NCBI GenBank assembly: GCA_965233865.1 | Contig: OZ247587.1 | Location: 1,216,001-1,280,000 of the forward strand | Source of the DNA: Candidatus Neptunichlamydia sp. | Lineage (GTDB): Bacteria; Chlamydiota; Chlamydiia; Chlamydiales; Simkaniaceae | Direction of reading: 5' to 3' | DNA: 64,000 nucleotides | Part shown: one piece after another, positions 27,653 to 37,988 of the stretch | How positions within the stretch are numbered: position 1 is the stretch's first letter | Layout of the letters: each line of letters starts with the position of its first letter | The notes under the pieces: model-generated | What the model was told of the DNA's origin: nothing | Databases searched by the model: none | What the model saw: only the letters and a program-made list of their open reading frames with translations | Translations under genes and position numbers: made by a program

Positions 27653-29017
27653 TTGATAGCGAAAGAAAGATCGTTAATTCATACCCATAATAGCATCAAC
27701 CTTTTAAATAAGATTTTCCTACTATTACTCATTTTTGCTCTTGCCTTTCTTTTATTGAACATCTTCAATTTTTCACTAGAAAAAAGCGGGGTAGTCATAC
27801 CCAAAAATAAGGAAATGAGCCCGTCAATCTTAGTTTTTGAATATGAAAAGATTGGCGAAGGCCCCCTTGCTGTTGATTCAGAGCTTCAAAGTTTCCCTTT
27901 TCCTGATTTAAGCGGCAAGATTTTATTTCTTGCCCGCTCAAATCGTCCAAATAGTGGTTTTATGGAGACACTCTATTTGTTGGGTCTTAAAGGATCTCAA
28001 GAAAAAAGGGTAGTAAAGGAAGAGCAAAAGCTGTATCTAGCGTATGAAGAAGACCAGCTCATCTTTTCCGAGAAAGCAGCGCCCCTATGGATCAAGCCAA
28101 AGCAAAATGAAGAAGGGAGAACCACCCTGCAAATGGGGATTGATTTAGCTTCCAACCAAGGAGCAGTGCTTCTTTCTGAGACAAGAGAACATCTGATTAA
28201 AGAAGATTGGAAGCCCTTAAAAAGAGAGCAAGTGTCTCATCCTGAGCTGATTGCGGGGGTTTATGCTTTCGAAGATGCTAAATGGTGGCCAGCCGATCGC
28301 CTTTTTGATCAATATGCTGGAGATGAATACCAAATTTACAAAGGGCTTGAGCGTCTAGAAATTCTTGGGGAGCAAATTCTGTTTGTAGAGGAAGGAAGAA
28401 CCTATATTTGGAAGGAAGAAAAGTGGGACGTGGGCAATGAAGAGGGGTACCCCCTAGCACGGGTCAAAGAGATCACTCCTTTCAAGATGAGCTTCGAACT
28501 TTGGGATCCATCAGGAATTGAAACTGTCCATATGACTTTTAATCGAGAAAGAGCGCGGCCCATAGCAATTAAATTGGAAGAGATTTTTACGCGTCTAAGA
28601 CAAAGAACAATATCGCGCGTCTCTTGTCGTATCGATAATCGAGCGACGATATTAAAAATTGGAGATTGGATTTTTCATACAGATAGGGGGTGGCACACTG
28701 TTAAAAATTCCTACGAAATCGATGCTATCGTCAAGTTTAATGTTATGGGGGAGCTTTTCATTTTTGACGGGCTTGAAACTAGAGATGGGAAGAAGTTTTT
28801 TTGTGGATCGCTCTTTGATCCAATGCGCACAGAGCTCCAATCCGTTCGACTTCCCATTTCGCAAATGAAGACTCTTGAACATTCTCCTCCCACTAAAAAG
28901 AGGAGATCGACTAAAATTCGTTCTCCGGTTTCTAGCAAAACAGAAAAAAGTCGTTCAAGACTGAAATCGCACAAAAGATTGCAGCCAATAGAGGATTACG
29001 AAGTTTTTGAAGAATAG
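27653..29017 (+). CDS. T2SS-operon-associated membrane protein (chlamydial gene preceding gspD)
   Basis: N-terminal TM; overlaps the gspD start. Confidence 0.75.
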   Translation: MIAKERSLIHTHNSINLLNKIFLLLLIFALAFLLLNIFNFSLEKSGVVIPKNKEMSPSILVFEYEKIGEGPLAVDSELQSFPFPDLSGKILFLARSNRPNSGFMETLYLLGLKGSQEKRVVKEEQKLYLAYEEDQLIFSEKAAPLWIKPKQNEEGRTTLQMGIDLASNQGAVLLSETREHLIKEDWKPLKREQVSHPELIAGVYAFEDAKWWPADRLFDQYAGDEYQIYKGLERLEILGEQILFVEEGRTYIWKEEKWDVGNEEGYPLARVKEITPFKMSFELWDPSGIETVHMTFNRERARPIAIKLEEIFTRLRQRTISRVSCRIDNRATILKIGDWIFHTDRGWHTVKNSYEIDAIVKFNVMGELFIFDGLETRDGKKFFCGSLFDPMRTELQSVRLPISQMKTLEHSPPTKKRRSTKIRSPVSSKTEKSRSRLKSHKRLQPIEDYEVFEE

Positions 29018-31352
29018 AATCGCCCTCCTATTATTATTGTGTATCTCCGCTTTACATGGGCAAACTATCGAAGAAAAGCGGGACTCTCTCCTCCTTCAGA
29101 AGGAAGAGAAAGAGCTTCGCAGTTTTTTAAACGAAATCAATGGCCAACTCCGAAAGCTTCGTATTGTAATGGAAGAAAAGTATGAACTCGTCAATGAATA
29201 TCATAAACATGGAGCAGGAGAGAATGAATACCAAGATCTTTTAAAAGACGTAAATGGAATCCGTCGTGAAATCCAAGACCTCGAAAAAGAATGGCACGAT
29301 CTTGTTGTCACCGAGGCAAAAAAAGAGGATGAGGGATACGCTCTTTGGGACCAGGAAGAGACCTCTCTCTCTCAGTTGATTATGGAATACGGTTCGAGCG
29401 ACTATTTGTATGTGATTCCTCCGGAAGTTTTGTCGATTAAACTTCATATGCATTCTGACATTCCAATCCCTCGTGAATCTTGGAATGATCTCCTAGAAAT
29501 AATCCTCTCTCATAATGGAATTGGAGTCAAACAACTCAACTCATATACACGACAGCTTTACATATTGAAGCAAGATTTAGTTGCAGTAGACCAGGTTCTT
29601 AACAATCCCCGTAACCTCCTGCGCATCCCTCCGAAAACACGTGTAGCTTATATTTTCTCACCTCCTCCCGAAAGAATTAAAGGAGTGTCTCAGTTTTTTG
29701 AACGGTTCCGTGATCCTAAAATGACCTTTGTTTATCAGGTGGGGTACAAGATAGCGATCATCTCTTCCAAAGAAGAAGTGGAGAAGCTGTTAGCTCTTTA
29801 TGATGCTGTGTGGGAAAAGGAAAACGAAAAACTTACGCGCGTTTTTCCGATGGACCGGCTAAAGCCTGAGGAAATGGAAAAAATCTTAGTTGCCTATTTT
29901 GGTGATTTAACAAAAAAGCCACGAGTGGGTTTAACAAAGGGAGAAGGGGATGACTTGGTCATACTCCCTCTTAAAAACGAAGGGTCTTTAGTTCTAATTG
30001 GCCCAAAAGACATGATCGATCGTGCAGAACATATCATTAAAGAGACAGAAGGGCAGATTGAAGACCCAATGGAGATGACAGTTTATTGGTACACCTGTCG
30101 TCATAGCGATCCGCTTGATGTTGCTGAAATCTTAGGGAAAGTCTATGCATCACTTATTTATTCAGGGATTGAAGGTCAAGCTCCTCGTCCTGAAGGGAGC
30201 CTAATCCCGCCTACCCGTTTGTTAGAGTCTTCGCTCGAGCCACAACTTTCTCCACCTACGTATGGCTCTCCTCCCTATTCTACTGTTGTGCACCCTCCAA
30301 CAGCAGTTGCCGCAACAATAGAATCTCAGAAAGAAAAGTCATTTACCACCAACTTCATTCCTGATCCAAAAACAGGTTCAGTTATGATGGTTGTACGGCG
30401 TGACACACTGGATAAGATTAAGAATTTAATTCGGAAGATTGATGTTCCGAAAAAAATGGTTCAAATTGAAGTCCTGCTTTTTGAAAAAAGGATAAAAAAC
30501 CAAAATGATTTTGGTCTTAACTTATTGCGTTTGGGTTCAGCTGCAACCAATACTCATAAAACCGGTTTAAAATATGAAACAAGTCTAGGACATGCCAGCA
30601 AGGGAATTATAGACTTTTTTATTTTTAGAGAAAAACCGAGCGATTTTTGGCCAGCATTTGATATTGCCTACAATTTTTTGATGGCCCAAGAAGATGTTAG
30701 AATTAATGCAGCACCTTCTGTCACAACACTCAACCAAACCCCTGCTCAAATCTCGCTTGTTACGGAAATTTCAATCGATAATGGAGCTGCACCGATAGAT
30801 TCGAATCAAGGAATAGCATTCCAGAAGTCCTATTCGCGGGCGCAATATGGGACCACGATGGTGATTACTCCAACCATTCATGATCCCGAACATCCTGATG
30901 ATGAAAAACATTTTGTCACACTTGAAACCAATATCACTTTTGATACGATTAAAAAAAACACTCAGGAAGACCGCCCTGCTGTTAGTCGACGCCATGTTGA
31001 AAATCAAGTGCGTGTCATTGATGGTGAGACGGTGATTTTGGGTGGTCTCCGTGAGAAAACAGCAGAAGATTCAAGTAGTAAGATTCCTTTTTTAGGAGAA
31101 CTACCAGGGATTGGGAAATTTTTTGGGGATTCTCGAATGACTGATGAAAAAACCGAAATGTTTATTTTTATTACCCCAAAAATTGTTTTCGATGTGAAAG
31201 GTGAGCATGAAAAACTACGGCTGGAAGCTCTCATGAAACGGCCGGGGGATCTTCCTGAATTTCTAGAGAGGATTCAGGAGGCGAGGAAGCGAAGCAAAAA
31301 AAGTCTCTTTGATAATAGTTTAAAACTCCTTTTTGGAAATGTCGATGGCTGA
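29007..31352 (+). CDS. gspD: Type II secretion secretin
   Basis: IDVPKKMVQIEV, DGETVILGGL, KIPFLGELPGIGKFF, EMFIFITPKI. Confidence 0.95.
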   Translation: MKNRIALLLLLCISALHGQTIEEKRDSLLLQKEEKELRSFLNEINGQLRKLRIVMEEKYELVNEYHKHGAGENEYQDLLKDVNGIRREIQDLEKEWHDLVVTEAKKEDEGYALWDQEETSLSQLIMEYGSSDYLYVIPPEVLSIKLHMHSDIPIPRESWNDLLEIILSHNGIGVKQLNSYTRQLYILKQDLVAVDQVLNNPRNLLRIPPKTRVAYIFSPPPERIKGVSQFFERFRDPKMTFVYQVGYKIAIISSKEEVEKLLALYDAVWEKENEKLTRVFPMDRLKPEEMEKILVAYFGDLTKKPRVGLTKGEGDDLVILPLKNEGSLVLIGPKDMIDRAEHIIKETEGQIEDPMEMTVYWYTCRHSDPLDVAEILGKVYASLIYSGIEGQAPRPEGSLIPPTRLLESSLEPQLSPPTYGSPPYSTVVHPPTAVAATIESQKEKSFTTNFIPDPKTGSVMMVVRRDTLDKIKNLIRKIDVPKKMVQIEVLLFEKRIKNQNDFGLNLLRLGSAATNTHKTGLKYETSLGHASKGIIDFFIFREKPSDFWPAFDIAYNFLMAQEDVRINAAPSVTTLNQTPAQISLVTEISIDNGAAPIDSNQGIAFQKSYSRAQYGTTMVITPTIHDPEHPDDEKHFVTLETNITFDTIKKNTQEDRPAVSRRHVENQVRVIDGETVILGGLREKTAEDSSSKIPFLGELPGIGKFFGDSRMTDEKTEMFIFITPKIVFDVKGEHEKLRLEALMKRPGDLPEFLERIQEARKRSKKSLFDNSLKLLFGNVDG

Positions 31353-32907
31353 TGTAGAAGATGACTATCTTTTTGCAGATCGCTTTGGTCTTACTTCCAT
31401 GTATGATCTTTCAAATAGCCCTTTTGTTGCTCAGGGCATTCAGAAGCTTCCCTACGGTTTTGTAAAACAGAAACTTGTACTTCCTATTGAAGAAAAAGAA
31501 GGAAAATTAGTCGTTGCGATTTCCCACCCTTATGACTTAGAGGTGCTAGAGGAAATTCGATGCATCACTGGGCAAGATATTGAAGAGGTCTTCTGCCCTC
31601 AGGCATCTCTCGAAGAGGCTATTGAAAAATGCTATCACCAAGGAGAGAAAGAAGCCTCTCAGTATATTGAAGGCCTTAAAAAAGAAGGGCAGGAAGTTAT
31701 TTCTGAGGAGAGTGATGATGAATACGATCTTCTCGATAAACAAGACAATTCCCCTGTTGTTAGACTGTTAAATATGGTTATTATCGAAGCGATTCAGCAG
31801 GGATCCTCTGATATCCATTTCGAACCGCTCGAAAATAAAATGGCTGTTCGGTATCGGATCGATGGTGTTCTTCAATTTCGCCATTCCCCTCCTCCAGATC
31901 TTTGTAAACAACTTCTAACGCGCATCAAGGTGATAGCAAAGATGGATATTGCAGAATATCGCCTTCCTCAAGATGGACGGATTAAGCTTCGGATGGGAGG
32001 AAGGCAGATCGATTTTCGTGTAAGTACCGTACCCGTTGTTTATGGAGAACGGATTGTTCTTCGAATTCTTGATAAGAGCAACATTGTCTTAGGCCTTGAT
32101 AAGATTGGAATGGAAGAAGAAACCTTAAAAAACTTTCAAAAATATATCCATCAAAACCAAGGAATTGTTCTTGTTACAGGCCCAACAGGAAGTGGAAAGA
32201 CGACGACTCTATATAGTGCAATCAATGAGATTCACTCGCAAGAAATCAATGTGATGACCATCGAAGATCCCGTTGAGTATAAACTTGCAGGAATAGCACA
32301 AATTGGGGTGAATCCAAAAATTGATCTTACCTTTGCAAAAGGGCTCCGACATATTTTAAGGCAAGACCCTGATGTGATAATGATAGGAGAAATTCGAGAT
32401 AAAGAAACCGCAGAAATTGCCATTCAATCTTCACTTACTGGTCATTTAGTTTTAAGTACACTGCATACCAATGATGCGCCTTCAGCGCTTACACGACTGG
32501 TTGATATGGGAATTGAACCCTACCTTCTTTCTTCTTCAGTGCTTGCTATCCTGGCGCAACGACTCGTTCGCCGTATCTGCGATGGATGCAAAGAAACCTA
32601 TATGCCCTCCTCTCAAGAACTCGAGGATTTGCAACTGAAGAAAGGAAAACTCTATAGGGGCAAAGGATGCAATGCTTGCTTTGGTTCCGGCTATCGGGGA
32701 CGAGTGGGAATTTATGAACTTTTGCCAGTTACGGGTCCGATCAAACAGCAACTTCTTCTAAGTGCGGATGCAAATGCGTTGCAGAAAATTGCAACAGAAC
32801 TAGGAATGGTATCTCTCCGCTCTGAAGGAGGGAAACTAGCGCAAGAAGGCATGACAACCACTGCTGAAGTCCTGCGGGTCACCCGGCAATTAGAACTTTA
32901 TAATTAG
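31333..32907 (+). CDS. gspE: Type II secretion ATPase
   Basis: SDIHFEP, TGPTGSGKTTTLY, TIEDPVEY, LRQDPDVIMIGEIRD. Confidence 0.97.
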   Translation: MEMSMADVEDDYLFADRFGLTSMYDLSNSPFVAQGIQKLPYGFVKQKLVLPIEEKEGKLVVAISHPYDLEVLEEIRCITGQDIEEVFCPQASLEEAIEKCYHQGEKEASQYIEGLKKEGQEVISEESDDEYDLLDKQDNSPVVRLLNMVIIEAIQQGSSDIHFEPLENKMAVRYRIDGVLQFRHSPPPDLCKQLLTRIKVIAKMDIAEYRLPQDGRIKLRMGGRQIDFRVSTVPVVYGERIVLRILDKSNIVLGLDKIGMEEETLKNFQKYIHQNQGIVLVTGPTGSGKTTTLYSAINEIHSQEINVMTIEDPVEYKLAGIAQIGVNPKIDLTFAKGLRHILRQDPDVIMIGEIRDKETAEIAIQSSLTGHLVLSTLHTNDAPSALTRLVDMGIEPYLLSSSVLAILAQRLVRRICDGCKETYMPSSQELEDLQLKKGKLYRGKGCNACFGSGYRGRVGIYELLPVTGPIKQQLLLSADANALQKIATELGMVSLRSEGGKLAQEGMTTTAEVLRVTRQLELYN

Positions 32908-32919
32908 TGAGATAGGCTC

Positions 32920-34101
32920 ATGGCACTCTATCAATATACAGCACTTTCTGGAGAAGGGCGGCGCAAAATGGGAATGGTCAACGCTGATTCGATCGAGCTC
33001 GCTAAAGAACGTCTTCGGAAGCAGCAAATTCTTGTTACAAAATTGGTTTCCTACACAAAAAGAGGAGACCAAATGTCTCTTCCTTCAGCGCTGTTAGTCG
33101 GATTTACAAGAGATCTTCATGTCTTCCTTAGAGCAGGGCTTCCTCTCTATGATAGTCTCCTAACCCTGGAAGAAAAATATCGTCGCACTAAGCTCCATCC
33201 CATTTTCCTCGATTTATGTGATCAGGTAAAAGAAGGGCGCCTTTTTTCAGAAGCTCTCAAAGATTACCCTAAGATTTTTGATCCTGTTTATCTCTCTTTG
33301 ATCAGAGCTGGAGAAGAATCTGGATCCTTGCAACAAAGTTTTGCAGAGCTTGAAAAATTGATAGGTCGAGAACAAGCACTAAAGAAAAAACTCTCCTCTG
33401 CTATGATTTATCCCGCCTTTTTAGGCGTTTTTTGTCTCACAGTTATTTCTGTTCTCCTCTTTTTTCTTATTCCCTCGATGAGCGAACTGTTTGAAGAGAG
33501 ACAACTTCATCCGATGACAGAAGCTGTTCTAGCGCTTAGCCATTTCTTGAATGCGCACTTCTTCCTTCTTTTCGTGACAGGTGCTGCTGCCCTACTATTC
33601 TTTCTTTTTTTCTTCCGCCATCCCAAGGGCCTAGAAAAAGTGAAACGGGCCATGCTCCATGTTCCCATTGTCAAGCGGCTTTTCATCGAAACCATTATGG
33701 CACGTTTTTGCCGCGTTTTTTCCATCCTTTTTAATGGGGGCGTATCGATGATTGAATGTCTTCGCCTTGCAAAGAAAGTGATGAAGCATCCCTCATTTGA
33801 AGCGATTGTGACCGAGGCAGAGAAAAAAGTTCTTGAAGGGCGGCGCTTATCCGAAGAGTTTCAAAAATCCCCGCTGATCCCTACCCTTGTTGTTAGAATG
33901 CTCTCAATCAGCGAAGAGTCAGGTCGGGTTGCCGAGATGATGAACCATCTCTCAGATATTTACGAAGAAGATATTGAAAGAAGTTTAACACGCCTGACCT
34001 CATTTGTTCAGCCGGTGATGCTTCTTTTTTTAGGTGTAGTGGTTGCAGTGATCCTTTTAGCGGTCCTTCTTCCCCTTACCGACGTCAGTTCAATTTTATA
34101 A
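32920..34101 (+). CDS. gspF: Type II secretion platform protein
   Basis: RAGEESGSL, SAMIYP, duplicated GspF domains. Confidence 0.95.
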   Translation: MALYQYTALSGEGRRKMGMVNADSIELAKERLRKQQILVTKLVSYTKRGDQMSLPSALLVGFTRDLHVFLRAGLPLYDSLLTLEEKYRRTKLHPIFLDLCDQVKEGRLFSEALKDYPKIFDPVYLSLIRAGEESGSLQQSFAELEKLIGREQALKKKLSSAMIYPAFLGVFCLTVISVLLFFLIPSMSELFEERQLHPMTEAVLALSHFLNAHFFLLFVTGAAALLFFLFFFRHPKGLEKVKRAMLHVPIVKRLFIETIMARFCRVFSILFNGGVSMIECLRLAKKVMKHPSFEAIVTEAEKKVLEGRRLSEEFQKSPLIPTLVVRMLSISEESGRVAEMMNHLSDIYEEDIERSLTRLTSFVQPVMLLFLGVVVAVILLAVLLPLTDVSSIL

Positions 34102-34113
34102 TAAGGAAAAACC

Positions 34114-34521
34114 ATGAAAAAAAAATATGCAATGACCCTCCTTGAAATCATGATTGTAATTTTCATCATCGGTATTATCGGAAGCGTGATTGGTTACAAT
34201 ATGCAAGGAAGTCTAGATAAAGGAAAAGCGTTTAAAACAAAAGAAGGAGTGAACAAGATTTATGAGATTGTCCAGTTGGAAGAAGCTCAAGGAACTCTTC
34301 TGAATCCTGATAATTTTGAATTATCTGTTAAGAACTTACTCATAAATTCTGGGCTTGTTCGAAAGCCTTCTGATTTGATGAAAGATGGTTGGGGAAATTC
34401 CTATAAATATAAGATTGAGAATAAAGAGCTTCATGTGACTTCAGACAAATATGAGAATTATTGTGAGGTCAAAGGAATTAAAGATAAGTATCCATGGGAC
34501 AACGACGCAGCTTCACGCTAA
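34114..34521 (+). CDS. gspG: Major pseudopilin
   Basis: AMTLLEIMIVIFII prepilin motif; KDGWGNSY. Confidence 0.8.
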   Translation: MKKKYAMTLLEIMIVIFIIGIIGSVIGYNMQGSLDKGKAFKTKEGVNKIYEIVQLEEAQGTLLNPDNFELSVKNLLINSGLVRKPSDLMKDGWGNSYKYKIENKELHVTSDKYENYCEVKGIKDKYPWDNDAASR

Positions 34522-34955
34522 TAGAGCTTTTCCTCACACTTGGTTTGATTGCCATGGTGGGAAGTACTTTTCTCATTCAGGCAAAGCCTATGCTTGATCG
34601 GTATCATTTTCGCCAAGGAGTCTCAAAGCTTGAACGAGAGATTTTGTTTTCAAAACGCCTCTCTGAGGCGGCCCATGCAGACATCGAGTTTCAGATTAAA
34701 GAAACTAAGAAAGGGTTAGAGTGCAAGAGGTTAACCGATGAACCGCTCAAGCTTCACCGCACCATAGATACAGGGATCAAAATCCCCCACCTTCATTTAG
34801 AGAAAAGGGGAAACCTTTCTGTGACCTTTACCGCTTCAGGGGCATTGATAGGTGAAAATCAGTTTACTGTTTCGAATAACAAAGAAAAGTGGGTCGTGCA
34901 AGTACCAGCCCATTCGATTCAGAAAAAACAATATGAATCCTCTGAGGGTGAATGA
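34494..34955 (+). CDS. Minor pseudopilin
   Basis: RSFTLIELFLTLGLIA prepilin motif. Confidence 0.8.
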   Translation: MGQRRSFTLIELFLTLGLIAMVGSTFLIQAKPMLDRYHFRQGVSKLEREILFSKRLSEAAHADIEFQIKETKKGLECKRLTDEPLKLHRTIDTGIKIPHLHLEKRGNLSVTFTASGALIGENQFTVSNNKEKWVVQVPAHSIQKKQYESSEGE

Positions 34956-34982
34956 CATCATTTTTTTTAATGAGGTGAAAAT

Positions 34983-35620
34983 ATGAAAAACCCCTTAACC
35001 AACCTTCCAATACGTGATTTTTCTATCTACAAGTCATCTGAATGTGGTTCTCGATTTAGATTTTATGCCAATAAGAAAGAAATATTAAAAAATTGCAACT
35101 TTTTCCCTATCGTTTGGAGTCACCCAGATTGCTCAGTTCAAAATCAGATTGCTCTCATGTTAAGATATGCTGATGCTCATAGAGAAGTCGATCCACAGAA
35201 ATCAATTAAAACCTATGAAAAAGCCCATAAAATTGGAAGCTTAGATGCTAGAGTTGGTCTTTTTGAGGTGCATAAAAAGCTTGGAGATACTGATAAATCT
35301 CTTTTCTGGGCAGAGAGAACCGTAAATCAGGTGGATAATCCTTCTCTCCAAAATATATTCTTTTGTGCTTCAGAATTTAGGAAGGCGGGAAGATAGGAAA
35401 AAGCTTATAGTTACTATTTAAAGGCGGCCAATCAGAGTAACTATTGGGGCTATTTAGAAGTGATTAAAAGGAGAGAAAGAGGGGTAGGTGTAGAGAAAAA
35501 TTTACACAAGGCAAGGAAATGGAGGAAGAAACTTCCTAAAGGTTTTGTGAAAAAACGTATGTCATATTTTGGAGCGTATCTGAAGTCCATTGGTTATCAA
35601 GTGACCAATAAAACTTGGTA
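34983..35620 (+). pseudogene. Sel1-like repeat protein with in-frame amber stop
   Basis: After TAG at 35394-35396 the frame continues EKAYSYYLKAANQ...GVGVEKNLHKARKW. Confidence 0.7.
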
Positions 35621-35674
35621 GAGTTCTCTAATTGCAAGCAAGAGATTTTCTCCAAACTCCTTTAAACCGGATCA

Positions 35675-36619
35675 TCATTCATCCTCATTGGGGGTAAGTG
35701 GAGGGAGTATAACAACATCTAAAAGATTATCAAGATTTCCAGTACAAAGACGTGCTTCAATTTCCGCGGAAACACATCCTTCTTTTAGGATTTCTATTTT
35801 GGTGACAATTGCAACAGGAATGTCTTTTGGAAACACCCCATCCATTCCAGTTGTCACAAGCAAGTCCCCTACATCCATCAAAGAAAGCCTTTCTTCCTTA
35901 TTTAATTGATCAAGAGGCCTTCCGCTCCTAAGCTCTCTTGCTGGTCCCTCTTCATCTCCAAAATCGTAGTTAAATCCGATTCCCTTTAAAATTTCAGAGC
36001 GCCCTCTCCAAAGAGCAGAACTACTTCCATAAAGCTCTCCCTTTGCTAAATATTCTCCCTCTCGAGCAACTCTAACAGAGGGGGTTAACGAAGAATCTGT
36101 TAATAACCGCACACGACTCCGATGTTTTCCAACATACTCCACCAAGCCAATTAAGTTTTCTCCTTTTAGAACCGGGCTATTGAGCTCAATTTCTTTTTCA
36201 CCCAAGTTAATCCACACAGTTGCATTCCAATTTGCTACTTCGCGGTAAACCACTTCTGCGAATCGGAAAGACAACTCTCTTTCAAGACTCTCTTCAGCAG
36301 CTTTTTTTCTTCTGCTATAAAAACCTGAAATTTTTTTCTCATCGAGTGCAATGAGTTCTTTGACCCGCTTGATTCGAACGCTAATCCTTTCTTCAGAAAG
36401 GAGACGTCGGCGGAGAATGCTGTTTTGATTTTTTAATAAAAGAAGTTCTGCTTGAAGCTCTTCGATATCGCTAGTACTCGTATGAACAAAAACTTTTGAG
36501 CCAACGGCTGCTCCTGTTGCCGCTGTTCGAACCTCTTCAACAATCCCTTTAGGAATATAGAAAAGTCCCAATAAAACAAGCCCTAGGATAATGTAGGAGC
36601 GATAGCTTTTTTCTCTCAT
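35675..36619 (-). CDS. mreC: Rod shape-determining protein MreC
   Basis: TM, coiled coil, WINLG, SRVRLLTD, GDLLVTTGMDGVFP. Confidence 0.9.
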   Translation of the reverse strand: MREKSYRSYIILGLVLLGLFYIPKGIVEEVRTAATGAAVGSKVFVHTSTSDIEELQAELLLLKNQNSILRRRLLSEERISVRIKRVKELIALDEKKISGFYSRRKKAAEESLERELSFRFAEVVYREVANWNATVWINLGEKEIELNSPVLKGENLIGLVEYVGKHRSRVRLLTDSSLTPSVRVAREGEYLAKGELYGSSSALWRGRSEILKGIGFNYDFGDEEGPARELRSGRPLDQLNKEERLSLMDVGDLLVTTGMDGVFPKDIPVAIVTKIEILKEGCVSAEIEARLCTGNLDNLLDVVILPPLTPNEDE

Positions 36620-37812
36620 CCCATCGTTTTTACAATTGCTTCCATGACATAGGTAATGTTTTCTTCTGATAAACCGGTTAAATTAACCCGTCCACTCCGA
36701 GCCAAATAGACCCCATATTCACCAATCATTCGATCAACTTGCTCTGGGGAGATCCCTAGCATTGAAAATAACCCATGCCGTCTTTTTAAAAACCCGAAGC
36801 TATCTTTTCCAAACTGCCCAGACAGGGCGTCATATAAAATGCACCTCATCTCTTCAGCCCGCTTACGCATCTGGTCAACCTCTCCTCGCCACAATTCAGA
36901 AAGGCCCCTATCTTGGAGCACAGTTGCGACAATTCCTGCCCCATGCTTTGGGGGATTTGAGTAGGCGACTCGCGCCACTCCTTTGACAACAGAGGAGGAG
37001 TTTTGAACGAGCTGCTCGTTCTTAGCAAGGACCGACAACAAGCCAATCCTTTCCCCATACAGCCCAAAGTTCTTTGAGTAGGAGGACGCAACAAACATTT
37101 CGTGCCCTTGCTCTGCAAAGTACCGAATTGGCCAAGCGTCTTCCTCTAGCCCTCGGCCAAAGCCCTGATAAGCAAAATCAAAGAGAGGGACAAGCTTCTT
37201 TCTATGGATGAGCGCTGAAATCTCTTTCCATTGCGCCTGCGAGGGATCGCATCCCGTTGGGTTGTGACAACAGGCATGAAGAACCACCAAACTATTTTCA
37301 GGGGCTTCTGATAAAGCATTCAGTAGACATTCAAAATCAAGTATATGATTTTTCTTGTCGTAATAAGGGTATTTCTTTACTTCCAATCCACATGCTTCGA
37401 ATATACCAACATGGTTGGGCCACGTAGGATCAGAAACATATGCCGTTTTTGTCACTTCGAGAGACAAAAATTCCCCAGCTAACCGGAGAGCTCCCGTTCC
37501 ACCAATAGATTGTACTCCAAAAAGCGTTCCTCGTGCATCCTTGCAAAAGGTCTCTCCAAAAATGAGTTTTTGAGCCTCCTTGACAAAGGTATCACTTCCT
37601 CCCATAGGCAAATAAGTCTTATCCACTTCAAGTTTCATCAAAACCTTTTCTGCCTCTTTGACAGAGCGTAGAGTGCGTGTTTTGAGATCATTATCGCGAA
37701 AAACCCCTACTGTCAGATCGATTTTCTTTGGATTTTTATCTTTCTTAAACCGGGCAGCCAGCCCAAAAATGGGATCTGGGGGATAGGGTTCTATTTTTTC
37801 AAAAATACTCAT
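36616..37812 (-). CDS. aspC: Aspartate/aromatic aminotransferase
   Basis: PPDPIFGL, GGTGALR, HACCHNPTG, DFAYQGF, SYSKNFGLYGERIG. Confidence 0.95.
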   Translation of the reverse strand: MSIFEKIEPYPPDPIFGLAARFKKDKNPKKIDLTVGVFRDNDLKTRTLRSVKEAEKVLMKLEVDKTYLPMGGSDTFVKEAQKLIFGETFCKDARGTLFGVQSIGGTGALRLAGEFLSLEVTKTAYVSDPTWPNHVGIFEACGLEVKKYPYYDKKNHILDFECLLNALSEAPENSLVVLHACCHNPTGCDPSQAQWKEISALIHRKKLVPLFDFAYQGFGRGLEEDAWPIRYFAEQGHEMFVASSYSKNFGLYGERIGLLSVLAKNEQLVQNSSSVVKGVARVAYSNPPKHGAGIVATVLQDRGLSELWRGEVDQMRKRAEEMRCILYDALSGQFGKDSFGFLKRRHGLFSMLGISPEQVDRMIGEYGVYLARSGRVNLTGLSEENITYVMEAIVKTMG

Positions 37813-37879
37813 AAGCGCTCATCATAACAAGTGATTGAAAAAAACTCTCGAAGAATTTATAATTAAGCTCATTTCTCGT

Positions 37880-37952
37880 GGGGCGTTAGCTCAGTTGGTA
37901 GAGCGCAACAATGGCATTGTTGAGGTCAACGGTTCGACCCCGTTACGCTCCA
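37880..37952 (+). tRNA. tRNA-Ala(GGC)
   Basis: GGGGCGT/ACGCTCC acceptor with G3-U70; anticodon arm CAACA-ATGGCAT-TGTTG; GGTTCGA; CCA not encoded. Confidence 0.97.
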
Positions 37953-37988
37953 AAATTCACCACAAGAGACCCCCTATGCTATCATCTT